IMG/VR virus record: IMGVR_UViG_3300024268_000001
Source: a virus
Lineage: Duplodnaviria > Heunggongvirae > Uroviricota > Caudoviricetes
DNA length: 64,000 bases
Strand: one strand, 5' to 3'
The stretch's first letter is position 1. The number at the start of each line of letters is the position of its first letter. The position numbers and the translations under genes are program-made. A model generated the notes under the pieces. The model was not told where the DNA came from. It worked only from the letters and a program-made list of their open reading frames with translations, and searched no databases. Below are positions 46,199-55,923 of the stretch, one piece after another.

Positions 46199-47065
46199 TT
46201 ACTTCTTAAGAGCAGCCTCACGAAGTTCCTTCTTAGCTTCTTCGATACGCTTTCTGATTTTTGCATTGATAGCAGTCATAATCGGATCAAAGAGTAAGTC
46301 AAAACGGGATTCGTTGAGCTTACCGATGAGGTAATCGCTCTTGGCGTTCAAGTAACGACCCTTACGATGCCAGTAGTTATAGGCTTCAGACTTAGTAGCG
46401 TCGTCTTCAGAAGTATCTTCTTCTTCAGCTTCGCCTTCGCCTTCGGAACCTTCTTCAGATTCACCTTCGCCTTCAGTACCTTCTTCGGATTCGCCTTCAC
46501 CACCTTCAGTACCTTCTTCGGATTCGCCTTCGCCTTCAGCACCGTTATCTTCGTCGCCGAGTTCAGCATCGCCGAAATCTTCAGTAGCAGCATCTTCGGA
46601 TTCGCCTTCACCTTCACCTTCAGAACCTTCGTCGTTATTGTTACCAAGGTTTTCTACCTTGTCAGACAAAGTTTGAATAGCGGTGGTAAGGGTGGTAAGA
46701 ATGTCCTTAAGTTCGGTAGTAACTCCGGATTCGTCTTCCTTAGAAGAACCGTCGTCTTCTTCACCTTCGCCCTTGAAATCTTCGAGGTTGTCGGAATTTT
46801 CTTCGCCTTCACCTTCAGTGCCTTCTGCATCAGAAGCAGATTCATCGTCAGAAGCACCTTCGCCTTCAGCACCTTCTTCTGGTTCTTCAGAAATATCGAG
46901 ATCTGAATTCTTTTCGTCCTCGTTAGAAAGTTCTTCGAGGTTTTCTTCACCAGTAGAATCGTCGGAAGTTACCGGCTTTTCTTCGTCACCATCCAAGAAA
47001 CCTTCGTTGAGGCCCTTCTTGTTGGCACGCTTCCATTCTTCAAAAATTTGCTGTTCGTTTTTCAT
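46199..47065 (-). CDS. highly acidic low-complexity protein with Gly/Glu-rich (GEGE/TEGE-type) tandem repeats
   Basis: 288 aa, more than 40% D/E. About 30-bp DNA tandem repeats at 46440-46560. Confidence 0.55.
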   Translation of the reverse strand: MKNEQQIFEEWKRANKKGLNEGFLDGDEEKPVTSDDSTGEENLEELSNEDEKNSDLDISEEPEEGAEGEGASDDESASDAEGTEGEGEENSDNLEDFKGEGEEDDGSSKEDESGVTTELKDILTTLTTAIQTLSDKVENLGNNNDEGSEGEGEGESEDAATEDFGDAELGDEDNGAEGEGESEEGTEGGEGESEEGTEGEGESEEGSEGEGEAEEEDTSEDDATKSEAYNYWHRKGRYLNAKSDYLIGKLNESRFDLLFDPIMTAINAKIRKRIEEAKKELREAALKK

Positions 47066-47125
47066 AATTTAAAATCCTCTATATTCTTATTTATAAAAAT
47101 TTTAAAAAGGCTCGTTTTTGCAAAA

Positions 47126-47530
47126 TTAAAGGGTATTTCTAAATGTTAACATTTCTGGAGAATTATACATTTCGTTAAATTTCTTGGTAAGTTCTACACA
47201 CTTCATGAAACTTGTCGTGTTATTTGTAATAATATCACGGAAATCCATGTAATATTCATCAAGAGTAGTCTTATAGTTCTTGCTGAGCTTGAACATATCC
47301 AGAACTGCTGCATTCTTAAATTCCTTCTTGAGCTGCTTGATAGTTGCCGGAGTCAAAGTCTTGATATAGCGTTCAACACAGTCAACTGCAACCTTAAGAA
47401 CAACATCAGCCTTAATTTCTTTCTTATCGGCACAAGTGATAAGACGTGGGCTAATGAGAGTGTAAATCAATGGATTGTTTTCCATCGAACTAAACTCTGC
47501 AGATTCATTCATTAAGTAGTCTCTTAACAT
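47126..47530 (-). CDS. hypothetical protein
   Basis: 134-aa ORF. Confidence 0.45.
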   Translation of the reverse strand: MLRDYLMNESAEFSSMENNPLIYTLISPRLITCADKKEIKADVVLKVAVDCVERYIKTLTPATIKQLKKEFKNAAVLDMFKLSKNYKTTLDEYYMDFRDIITNNTTSFMKCVELTKKFNEMYNSPEMLTFRNTL

Positions 47531-47877
47531 ATTATTTTTCCCTTCGAACTCTTATATTGGTATTTTGCCGCAATGCTAGCAAGCGACAAAGCCATTTGAT
47601 TCAATGTTTCCTTGATGTCTTTAATATCAGCCTTAACTGTGGATGTTTCATCTTTCAAATACGAAATATCCTTTTGCATCAATTCTTTTTCAATTTCTAA
47701 CTTATTAATTTTATCTTTGTACTTGTCATCAAGTGCCTGGATTTGAGACTCTCTCGAAGCACTTGTAGACTTACGTTGGAAGTAAATAACCAAATACACA
47801 AATGCACAACAAAAAATAGTAACCACTATAGCCAATGCGTTTCCTGAATCAATAATTTTTAAAACCAAATTCTCCAT
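47524..47877 (-). CDS. membrane-anchored coiled-coil protein
   Basis: N-terminal TM 'ALAIVVTIFCCAFVYLVIYF', then a coiled coil. Confidence 0.45.
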   Translation of the reverse strand: MENLVLKIIDSGNALAIVVTIFCCAFVYLVIYFQRKSTSASRESQIQALDDKYKDKINKLEIEKELMQKDISYLKDETSTVKADIKDIKETLNQMALSLASIAAKYQYKSSKGKIIC

Positions 47878-47892
47878 AATGCGAACCTCCTT

Positions 47893-48672
47893 TTAATTAT
47901 TTATTTTATTTTTTAAAGCGTTCACATCTTGTTTTAGAACCGTATTTTCGTTCTTAAGTGCATCAATTTCAATCTGTAATTCATGAACTTTATTGTATAA
48001 AGTTTGAATAGATGCGAAATTATCACTAAGTGCAGAAAATACCTGGTCACATTCTTTATTAGTTACGAGAGTCCATGGATAACTAGCCTCGTCTAATGGA
48101 TTTCCAGAACCAGCATATGTAACATCTAAAACTTTATCTATTGCAATTCTTGCATTAGGCGAAAGTCTTAATACGTTATTTCTAGTTCCGTTTCCAGCAA
48201 AATAGTTTGGATCTGCATAAACAGCACTAAGATGTGCGCTAGCTGCAGAACAATATTCCTTTTGGTCAACTTTAGCAGAAATAGCAGAAAGTTGCTCATA
48301 AATGTTTGGAACATATTGCGCAGAAGACCACATTTCATAGTTGTCACCAACAATCAATGCAGCCGAAACCATTTCAGAAAGACCAGATAAAGCGGTTAAT
48401 CCACTAAGAGCCCCAATATCGAGCTGTGCAAAGGCACTAACTGCAGAAATTGTATTCCACATGTCAATATCTTGATATGTCACACAAACACATTCATCAG
48501 CAGAAGGCGGACAACAAGGCATATTCCAAGGAACTAGCGCAGCTGGTTCAGAATCATTCCAATGATGCCAATATCTATAATGCGGCCAGTCAGGATGAAC
48601 GTGCGGACCTGGCCAATCCGGGCCGTATGGACTCGGATAATGTGGTGGAAATGGTGGATAACCGTTATTCAT
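47893..48672 (-). CDS. Pro/His/Trp-rich protein with C-terminal coiled coil
   Basis: 'YPPFPPHYPSPYGPDWPGPHVHPDWPHYRYWHHW'. Heptad-like C-terminus. Confidence 0.5.
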   Translation of the reverse strand: MNNGYPPFPPHYPSPYGPDWPGPHVHPDWPHYRYWHHWNDSEPAALVPWNMPCCPPSADECVCVTYQDIDMWNTISAVSAFAQLDIGALSGLTALSGLSEMVSAALIVGDNYEMWSSAQYVPNIYEQLSAISAKVDQKEYCSAASAHLSAVYADPNYFAGNGTRNNVLRLSPNARIAIDKVLDVTYAGSGNPLDEASYPWTLVTNKECDQVFSALSDNFASIQTLYNKVHELQIEIDALKNENTVLKQDVNALKNKINN

Positions 48673-48692
48673 ATTATATTTATAAATTTTGA

Positions 48693-48715
48693 AAACACCC
48701 TGATTTTGGGTGTTT
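48693..48715. terminator. intrinsic terminator hairpin
   Basis: The sequence aaacaccc-tgattttg-ggtgttt forms a hairpin. Confidence 0.5.
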
Positions 48716-48741
48716 CAAAACTTTTTATATAAATTATTCTA

Positions 48742-49152
48742 TTAAAGATACCTAGAAGCAATGTCCATAGAATAATCAAATGCTGTCTTCTTTGGCTGTT
48801 CTTCAGCAGGAGCAGGAGCCGGAGCAGCAGATGTTTCTGTGCCAGTCGGAGCCGGAGCTGGATTTGCTTCAGGAGCCGCAGGAGCAGCAGGAGCCGGAGC
48901 AGGATTTGCTTTAGGTGCAGGAGCAGCGGCCGGTTTTGTTTCCGGAGTAGCAGCCGGAGCCGGAGCTTCAGCAGGCTTAGCGGCAGGAGCCGGTTCATCA
49001 GCCTTACGAACATTATAACCAGCAGCCATTGCGATATTGCGAGCCTGTTCTACTTCATCCTTCGGGAGTTCAACGGTATAACCGCTGTTGCGAACAATAC
49101 GCTTTGCTCTAATAATATCTTCAACACTGTAATCACTCATATTTTTCCTCAC
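48742..49152 (-). CDS. protein with a Pro/Ala-rich low-complexity linker
   Basis: 'EPAPAAKPAEAPAPAATPETKPAAAPAPKANPAPAPAAPAAP'. Local GC spike. Confidence 0.5.
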   Translation of the reverse strand: MRKNMSDYSVEDIIRAKRIVRNSGYTVELPKDEVEQARNIAMAAGYNVRKADEPAPAAKPAEAPAPAATPETKPAAAPAPKANPAPAPAAPAAPEANPAPAPTGTETSAAPAPAPAEEQPKKTAFDYSMDIASRYL

Positions 49153-49179
49153 TATGTTTTAATTGTTATAACTTATTTA

Positions 49180-50589
49180 TTAAATTTTTGCGGTGCCATA
49201 TTTCTTGGCAGTATCATCATTCTTTGCCCAGGCATTTAATGTTCTCCAAATCTTTTCACAACGTTTTGCGATTTGGGAATCCGGTTCTTGAATGATTTTA
49301 ATTGCAGTCTGAGTAACAGAAAGGAATTCACCAGTTTCCTTATCATAAAGAACTGAATTACTTCCTGTATCATCACTGAAATATTCAACTTCAATAGGTT
49401 CTTCAAGTCTATCAGGGTAAATCTGAACTAAGTCACAACCCTGTCTCATATATACATTTCCTTCTGCGTCGACTTCAAGACCATCTGCAAGTTCATCAGT
49501 TGTAAATAACTGATTATTAACGGATCTGTCTCTATTCCATGCAGCTTGAATTGCATCTTTCTTTTGAGAATAATATTGAACCATTTTGTTCTTTTTCCAG
49601 GTTTCTTTACTTGTAAGTTTAGTCCAGCTAAACTTACCGTCTTCAGTAGTCACATCGGACCAAGAAATTCCGCCCGGGAAAATATTTTTAGAAAGGTCAA
49701 ATGCATTATTTGCCTTGCTTAATTCTGTCGGATTAACCAGAACATCACACATCGTATCAATGTCATTTATACAGTCATTGATTGTCGACGTACTTCCTTC
49801 GATTGCACCATAAGTGCTATTTTTATATTCCGGGTCAACATACCAAGTATCTCCGCTCTTCGTAATGTGCATTGTGGCGCATGCATTAGCATAATAATTA
49901 CTGGAAGTTGCGATAGAAGCACATGTTTCATCGGAATCAATAACGCAGTTAAACAAACCTTCGATTTTGTTAAGATAATCGACAATACCTGTACTGAAAG
50001 TCCATTCAAGGAACTGTTCCAAGAATTTTTTAATAGATTCAATTTTCTTGTTTACTAATTCACGATTGACAAGAAGTTGTTTTTTGAGACCCAATAAAAT
50101 TTGCTTAATAGTTTCAACACCGAAACTAAATGTAAAACCGTAATTACAAACCGTTTTCTGGAATGTTTGAATATCTGAAAGAATTTCACGAATATTATTA
50201 AATAAATCCGCATTTACAAAATTATCTTTACATTGCTTTGTAAACCATTTATCCAACTGTTTAAAAAGTAAGGAACTTGGGTCAAGAAGTTCATTAACGA
50301 AAGTCAAGCAGTCGAAAAGACGGTTACACCAGATATTATGTCCAGCACTGTCTTGAGCTGACGGATCATATATCATATCCGCCAGTTTCTTTTGATATAG
50401 TCGCACCGCATCTACAGCGGTTTCAATTAACTTTGCAACTGTATAATTCCATAAGGTAATAAGAGACTGAGCCAAAGCTTCAATCTTTTCGAGCATACCT
50501 TTTGCCATTTCCTGATATGCTTCAATAGCACCGCAAATGACCTGAAAGGTTCCGTAAATATATGTACATATTAAAGATGTAACGCTCAT
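49180..50589 (-). CDS. hypothetical protein (469 aa)
   Basis: Long ORF. No motif recognised. Confidence 0.55.
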   Translation of the reverse strand: MSVTSLICTYIYGTFQVICGAIEAYQEMAKGMLEKIEALAQSLITLWNYTVAKLIETAVDAVRLYQKKLADMIYDPSAQDSAGHNIWCNRLFDCLTFVNELLDPSSLLFKQLDKWFTKQCKDNFVNADLFNNIREILSDIQTFQKTVCNYGFTFSFGVETIKQILLGLKKQLLVNRELVNKKIESIKKFLEQFLEWTFSTGIVDYLNKIEGLFNCVIDSDETCASIATSSNYYANACATMHITKSGDTWYVDPEYKNSTYGAIEGSTSTINDCINDIDTMCDVLVNPTELSKANNAFDLSKNIFPGGISWSDVTTEDGKFSWTKLTSKETWKKNKMVQYYSQKKDAIQAAWNRDRSVNNQLFTTDELADGLEVDAEGNVYMRQGCDLVQIYPDRLEEPIEVEYFSDDTGSNSVLYDKETGEFLSVTQTAIKIIQEPDSQIAKRCEKIWRTLNAWAKNDDTAKKYGTAKI

Positions 50590-50615
50590 TATTATCCTTG
50601 TTGTAGTATATATAG

Positions 50616-51167
50616 TTATTTATCTTCTAAGTTCTGTAACTGCAATTCGATAGTTTCGTAATCGAATGTGCAAGCAAAAGTACAAATATCCGAAGTACCA
50701 TATTCAAGAGAGACATTTTGAAGGTTAGTCAAAATTGCATGCTTGAATTTCATCTTTGACTGAATCTTATTGTCATTGTTTAACGAAACGATTTCAATGG
50801 CGTCGATACAGTCCATACGTAAAAGTTCTTCGCCTTTAAGGCTCTTCTTTCCGCAAGTTTCACCATGACGCATAGCGTCAATCCAACAATAGAAATAATA
50901 AAAATTCTTTAACTCTTCATCAAGCTTGAATTCGACAGTAATAGACTGGAGTTCACGAGCACCAATCGGATTCGGGTGCAACTGACGTTCATGCATATAC
51001 ATGGAAGTAAGCATGGGAATAGACAAATCCGGAATACTGACCGAGCGAACATAGTTGTCAAGAATATGAGTATCTAAGTCGATACCTGTAAAATTAACAA
51101 GATTCGAGAATCGCACCACGAATTTGTTTTTATTAAAATCATTAATACTGGTTGTAATTCCTGCCAT
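50616..51167 (-). CDS. hypothetical protein
   Basis: 183-aa ORF. Confidence 0.5.
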   Translation of the reverse strand: MAGITTSINDFNKNKFVVRFSNLVNFTGIDLDTHILDNYVRSVSIPDLSIPMLTSMYMHERQLHPNPIGARELQSITVEFKLDEELKNFYYFYCWIDAMRHGETCGKKSLKGEELLRMDCIDAIEIVSLNNDNKIQSKMKFKHAILTNLQNVSLEYGTSDICTFACTFDYETIELQLQNLEDK

Positions 51168-51199
51168 AATTATCCTCTGATTATATTTATAAACGAAAA

Positions 51200-51227
51200 A
51201 ATCACCCCTCCAGGAAGGGTGATTTTT
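51200..51227. terminator. intrinsic terminator
   Basis: The sequence atcaccc-ctccaggaa-gggtgat forms a hairpin, followed by ttttt. Confidence 0.65.
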
Positions 51228-51242
51228 GGAAATGAATAAAAA

Positions 51243-51947
51243 TTACTTATTACTTACAGAAGTATCAACCTTGGAAGTATTTGCGAAGTTGTAAATAAAT
51301 CCGTATGGTGCTTTCTTCTTAATAAGCGTTGTTAAGCGGCTAATAAACTTCTTAAAGAAATTTTCTCCTGCTCCAGAAATAGTCAACTTAATGAAGTCTT
51401 GTTTTTCATCGCCTTCGATTAAATCAACGTTTATTTTAACAGGATTGTCTTCCTTATCAAGATTTTCCAAATAATTATCGGAAATTACCTGAATTGCTTC
51501 CTTAAGATTCTGTTCGATTTTTTGAACAACAACGCCCCTAAGTTTTTCATTAGAGAAATCAAAACCAGTTTCTTTTTCGGCTTCAAGAATAATACTATCC
51601 AAATCTAAACCAAAAGCTTCAGAAACATTAATTTCGATAAGTTTGATGTTGGAAAAACTTTTAATCTTATTGATAATTTCAGTATATTTTTTATTTGCAC
51701 CAGCCTTATCAAATTCGCCTTCCGGTGTCTGCATATTACCAAGGGATTCAATAGCTTGCTTAATATTTGACTTATTGATAGCAACTTTATAGACAAAATT
51801 ACGGCTGTTCATTTCCTTAACTTTGTCCTGCTTATCCTGTTCGTCTTTTTCTGCCTGTGCAATGTCGAATTTATCTTTTGCAATCTTTGCAACACGATCG
51901 AAAAGTTTTTGTGCTTTAAAAACGGATGCTTCAAATAAATTTGTCAT
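51243..51947 (-). CDS. hypothetical protein
   Basis: 234-aa ORF. Confidence 0.5.
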   Translation of the reverse strand: MTNLFEASVFKAQKLFDRVAKIAKDKFDIAQAEKDEQDKQDKVKEMNSRNFVYKVAINKSNIKQAIESLGNMQTPEGEFDKAGANKKYTEIINKIKSFSNIKLIEINVSEAFGLDLDSIILEAEKETGFDFSNEKLRGVVVQKIEQNLKEAIQVISDNYLENLDKEDNPVKINVDLIEGDEKQDFIKLTISGAGENFFKKFISRLTTLIKKKAPYGFIYNFANTSKVDTSVSNK

Positions 51948-53047
51948 TATGCTTCTCCTCGATTCATGTTCTTCTTAATAATCATTGTGTTAACCTTGAC
52001 TTCCTTCGGTTCACCGAATTCGCCAATGATATTTTCATCATCGATTTCATCAAGGAAGTTCTGACAGTCGGCAACAGTTTCGAAATTCAAGAACACATTG
52101 CCCTTCTGAGAACCACGACCATACAAGAAGTGACCAACGTCTTCAGCTTTCTTATTGATTGCTGCAAAGAGTTTATTAAGTTCTTCGCCGATACCAGACA
52201 AGTCGATATTCGGATTTTCTTTACGCTTTGCTTCGATAAATTCTTCAATATCACTATCGGAAAGCTTCCAAACAATACGTCCAATCTTTCTATCGTTACC
52301 ATAGCGGTTATTCTTTACTGCATCCATAATTTCATCTTTGATTTTGTCAAAGATAACTTCGGAACTCTTGTCAGTAAACTTAGCCTTTTCAATGGTCTTA
52401 CTCTGCTTCCAACCGCGGTTTTCACTTTCAACCTTGTCGTAAACAATTCCCTTACGGCGAGTACATTTTTCAATTTTAATCATCGCCTTAAGAGTATCTT
52501 CCGAAACTTCAAGAATCTTCTGTTCGAACAACTTTTCATTCATGAAATCTTCAGCATGGTCCTTGGAATCATAATACATGTACAAATGACCGTCCTGAAC
52601 CCAAGAATACTTATAGCCCTTGATAGCGTCAGTGTAAAGTTTTTCGTCTTCATCACTTCCGGGATTAGTATCTGGACTATCGTATTTTGTATTGGCACCA
52701 CGAGCAAATCCGACAATTTTATCGATTGTGCTATTGACTGTATCTGTAATAGTCTTTATAATTTCAGTCTTAGCATTGTCAATATCGTCGCTGTTTTTGC
52801 TGTCCTTAAGTGTCATAGCACACTTTTCGATAAGGCCTTGACGGAAATTACGATTACTGAAATCGAAATTCAAACGCCAAAGTTCAATCTTTTCATCCGA
52901 AAGATTACCGGTAAGGTGCTTCTTTGTATTATGCCAGCTTTTCTTAAAAATATCACCAATGCCTTCGTCAAGCTGAAGGTCGTAGGTATAATTACCCTTT
53001 AGCTTTTCTTTCGCTAAATACTGTGAAAATGTTGTATCTTTATTCAT
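51947..53047 (-). CDS. hypothetical protein (366 aa)
   Basis: ATGA overlap with the downstream gene. Confidence 0.55.
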   Translation of the reverse strand: MNKDTTFSQYLAKEKLKGNYTYDLQLDEGIGDIFKKSWHNTKKHLTGNLSDEKIELWRLNFDFSNRNFRQGLIEKCAMTLKDSKNSDDIDNAKTEIIKTITDTVNSTIDKIVGFARGANTKYDSPDTNPGSDEDEKLYTDAIKGYKYSWVQDGHLYMYYDSKDHAEDFMNEKLFEQKILEVSEDTLKAMIKIEKCTRRKGIVYDKVESENRGWKQSKTIEKAKFTDKSSEVIFDKIKDEIMDAVKNNRYGNDRKIGRIVWKLSDSDIEEFIEAKRKENPNIDLSGIGEELNKLFAAINKKAEDVGHFLYGRGSQKGNVFLNFETVADCQNFLDEIDDENIIGEFGEPKEVKVNTMIIKKNMNRGEA

Positions 53048-53079
53048 TCCGGAATTCCTTTTAAAATCTTTTATATTAT

Positions 53080-53442
53080 TTATAAAGATTCAAAAGTTTC
53101 GAGATCCTTGGCGAAATGCTTACGGTTAGCCTTAATCCAGGATTTTATATCCTGAAGTGCCCTGTGCATATCGTTCCAATCGATAGTTGTACCCTTTGGG
53201 ACATCCTCTTCACGAATATCCATAGCCCAATTACCGGAATTGAACCTAAATGTATGATTATCAAGACTATCAGAAATACGGTCACACTCTTCAAGAGCCC
53301 AATCCGGGTATCTCTTGACAGTATCGACACAAAGTTTCAGAAGTGGGTTAAAAGTCGGCATCTGAAGGATGTTTTCCATAGTTCTAAAGCCAGTGAACTT
53401 TGCAATAGTGTAAAATCTTAGAATTTGTACAATCGGTCTCAT
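53080..53442 (-). CDS. hypothetical protein
   Basis: 120-aa ORF. Confidence 0.45.
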   Translation of the reverse strand: MRPIVQILRFYTIAKFTGFRTMENILQMPTFNPLLKLCVDTVKRYPDWALEECDRISDSLDNHTFRFNSGNWAMDIREEDVPKGTTIDWNDMHRALQDIKSWIKANRKHFAKDLETFESL

Positions 53443-53469
53443 TTTAATTTCTCCTATAAAAATAAATGA

Positions 53470-53493
53470 AAGCCTAATTTGAAAATTAGGCTT
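53470..53493. terminator. intrinsic terminator
   Basis: Hairpin aagcctaatttgaaaattaggctt. Confidence 0.6.
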
Positions 53494-53524
53494 CTTTAAC
53501 GTTATGTCTTATTATATATGAAAA

Positions 53525-54217
53525 TTAATCCTGGATTTTTGTCGCTGTAAAGTTATGTTTTTTGAGGACCAAAAGAGCTTCTTCCAGATTTTTATCCATT
53601 TCTTCGGATTTGTCTTCTTGTTCTGGTTGTTCCTTAGTTTCTTCTTCCTTTTCTTCAGCAATTGGACTGTCTACAGGCATTATATAAGTAATAGCCTCAT
53701 CCCAAGACATACCCTTATATTTTGAATCTGGTTCAAAATATGTGGACTGATTTTCTTTACCAAGGTCTGCACGATAAACGAGCTTCGCACCGTCGGCATA
53801 TTCAAGGAAGTTGTTTCCGTCGACTAACTTACCCTTTCCAATAACACCGTTAGTGACCTTTGCATTTGCAACATCTTCAACATCGGATTTCATTCCAGCT
53901 GCAAACTGCTTAAATCTTCCAAGAATTTCTTCAGCCTTTTCGATACCTGCCGTTATACGAGAATTGATAGCTGACATATTCGGAGATTCCTTTGCGTTTC
54001 CAGAAGTATTAAGGAAAAGGACTGCCGCGACGATAGTGCTCAAGAGAATCTGTGTAAGATTGTTATCTACATTAGAATTCTGAATTTCCTGTTTAATATC
54101 ACCGGCATCAGACATAAGCTGTTCTTTTTCGTTTTCGGTTTTTGCGCCTTTTGCAAAATTTACAAATGTCTTAACCTTGTTAAATAGATTGTCTAGTTTC
54201 TGTGCTTCGTTAATCAT
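53525..54217 (-). CDS. hypothetical protein (230 aa)
   Basis: ORF with an acidic C-terminal region. Confidence 0.5.
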   Translation of the reverse strand: MINEAQKLDNLFNKVKTFVNFAKGAKTENEKEQLMSDAGDIKQEIQNSNVDNNLTQILLSTIVAAVLFLNTSGNAKESPNMSAINSRITAGIEKAEEILGRFKQFAAGMKSDVEDVANAKVTNGVIGKGKLVDGNNFLEYADGAKLVYRADLGKENQSTYFEPDSKYKGMSWDEAITYIMPVDSPIAEEKEEETKEQPEQEDKSEEMDKNLEEALLVLKKHNFTATKIQD

Positions 54218-54237
54218 ATCTTATTTATAAATATCGC

Positions 54238-54519
54238 ATGGATATTATTTTGGTGAATAAAAAATATGGTTACGAATCAAAGATCCCGTTTCCGTTAGTA
54301 GAACCGGTTAGACTTTGGGAAAACACTGCAATGATTTTAAACGGCGGTAAAAAGAACTATAGTATATGGGCATCGGATTTTGAAGATTTGAACCTTATTC
54401 TTCCAAATAATACAAAATTAGTTCTTAAAGATTTTAAAAATGTAAAGGAACTATATGATTATATAGTTCCTATCCTAAACAACGAAGAAAACAAATTTGT
54501 ACTTGAAAACTATATTTAA
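54238..54519 (+). CDS. hypothetical small protein
   Basis: 93-aa plus-strand ORF convergent with the downstream minus-strand gene. Confidence 0.4.
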   Translation: MDIILVNKKYGYESKIPFPLVEPVRLWENTAMILNGGKKNYSIWASDFEDLNLILPNNTKLVLKDFKNVKELYDYIVPILNNEENKFVLENYI

Positions 54520-54917
54520 AGTTCGTCAAGCTTATTCATGGTTTTTGCGAATTCAAGATTATCCTTTATAATATCGTGAAAACCAGAAACACTGTCATTA
54601 AATTCGTAATCATTTATTCCGTATTTCAATTTAAGTTCTTTATAATCATTTTTCGTTTTATCGGTTAACACGAATATCATAAATTGACTGGTAAGATAAA
54701 AACGATTATTTAATAGTAAAATTTCACGTCCACTTACTTGTAATATCTCATTGACGTTTTCTTCATTGACAGCAAGTGCCTGAAAATAAACCGTAGGCTT
54801 ATCTTTATATGAATACGTAATATATGGAACTTCTGAAATTACGTTCGTAATGTCAACGGCCGTTTTACCATTGACTACTGCTGTACTAACACGATGTTTA
54901 TGAAATTTTAAACCCAT
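54516..54917 (-). CDS. small protein with a '...MNKLDEL' tail (family-related)
   Basis: Start taken at the internal ATG 54915-54917, 1 nt downstream of the stop of the upstream gene (stop at 54919-54921, then a, then ATG). Confidence 0.45.
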   Translation of the reverse strand: MGLKFHKHRVSTAVVNGKTAVDITNVISEVPYITYSYKDKPTVYFQALAVNEENVNEILQVSGREILLLNNRFYLTSQFMIFVLTDKTKNDYKELKLKYGINDYEFNDSVSGFHDIIKDNLEFAKTMNKLDEL

Positions 54918-54918
54918 T

Positions 54919-55230
54919 TTAAAGCTTCTCGATAGCATTATTAGTTCTAAATTTTTCGACAGCGACGGTAAACTTATCATAATTTTCCTTATTATAAAGG
55001 TCCCCGTATTTTGTACCATTCAGAATAACACAATCATTCTTGTTCTTGGTTATCATATACCACGATTTGGTATTATTCATTTGGTCTACTTTAATTTGAA
55101 TAACACCACCTTTTACGATTAAACTCGTAATATCGGTGAATTCCACACGTTTTTGTGAATAACGACCCGTACTTATAAATAGTTCATTTTTCATATTATA
55201 TAATATAACAAACTTAATCCAGTTTGTCAA
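54919..55230 (-). CDS. small protein with a '...NNAIEKL' tail (family-related)
   Basis: The ORF-track start at 55230 is a TTG, inside a TTGACA hexamer. The likely ATG start is at 55194, preceded by TTGACA-N17-TATATT. Confidence 0.45.
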   Translation of the reverse strand: MTNWIKFVILYNMKNELFISTGRYSQKRVEFTDITSLIVKGGVIQIKVDQMNNTKSWYMITKNKNDCVILNGTKYGDLYNKENYDKFTVAVEKFRTNNAIEKL

Positions 55231-55528
55231 TAGCTTTTTCTACGTTATATTTTTCAATATACGGCGAAATCAGGTCTATAAATTCATGTATAGGTTTTGT
55301 TTTGTCAAAATGTATGCTAATATCATTATACATGAAATAGGCTTCAGCTTCTATATCGTTTGGGTCTATCATAATAGATATTCTTTGATGAGTAAATTCA
55401 TCTTCATAACAACAGCCCAAATAACCGTCTGCGTCATTAGCATATATCAATTCTCCGACACTCCACATAACCCGGTGGTTTCTATTAATCATACGTAATT
55501 TTATAGTAGGCGGTCTCTGCATACTCAT
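55214..55528 (-). CDS. small protein with a '...VEKAIDKLD' tail (family-related)
   Basis: A promoter TTTACA-N17-TATATT abuts the ATG, so the mRNA is possibly leaderless. Confidence 0.45.
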   Translation of the reverse strand: MSMQRPPTIKLRMINRNHRVMWSVGELIYANDADGYLGCCYEDEFTHQRISIMIDPNDIEAEAYFMYNDISIHFDKTKPIHEFIDLISPYIEKYNVEKAIDKLD

Positions 55529-55561
55529 AATATAGTAATTCAGTTCTTATTTGTAAACCCG

Positions 55562-55590
55562 TTGACGGTTTTAAAATATTTTGCTATATT
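55562..55590 (+). promoter_or_regulatory. sigma70-like promoter (TTGACG-N17-TATATT), 6 nt before the ATG
   Basis: Sequence cccGTTGACggttttaaaatattttgcTATATTattagcATG. A divergent promoter for the minus-strand block lies immediately to the left. Confidence 0.55.
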
Positions 55591-55596
55591 ATTAGC

Positions 55597-55923
55597 ATGA
55601 CAAAACCTAAGATTTTAATCTATCATTTTTCGTATGACCCAGAAGAGTTCGATATTGATAGGTTTAATGATTTCGTTATCAGAGAGAATTTGTCAACGGG
55701 TACAGCTTTAGCTGTACCGTTGACTTCTCCAAAATTACGTAGTATTAGGAACAGAATTGCATTTATTCCGCAAAGTCATTTTAATCATAAAGATGTATAT
55801 TTTATGATAGATGACGTAAAATATGAGTTTCCCGGTAAACCGCTTCATGAAATTTATAAAACAATGTCAGAAGCAATATATGAAAAAATAGTAGAATATA
55901 AGCTTTCGGTGTTAAATGGCTAA
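55597..55923 (+). CDS. small protein (family-related, plus-strand block gene 1)
   Basis: 108 aa. C-terminus '...EAIYEKIVEYKLSVLNG'. Confidence 0.5.
   Translation: MTKPKILIYHFSYDPEEFDIDRFNDFVIRENLSTGTALAVPLTSPKLRSIRNRIAFIPQSHFNHKDVYFMIDDVKYEFPGKPLHEIYKTMSEAIYEKIVEYKLSVLNG

Noticed and set aside
46348-46950. Several overlapping ORFs in both strands over the acidic-repeat gene
   Set aside because: Generated by the low-complexity GA-rich repeats. Only the 288-aa acidic frame has a start/RBS context and spans the whole region.
48669-49013. Arg/Leu-rich 114-aa minus-strand ORF
   Set aside because: An alternate frame of the GC-rich Pro/Ala linker region of gene 48742..49152. It is a compositional artefact.
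51926-53002. 358-aa plus-strand ORF
   Set aside because: Antisense to the 366-aa minus-strand gene. No motif. Hydrophobic low-complexity translation.
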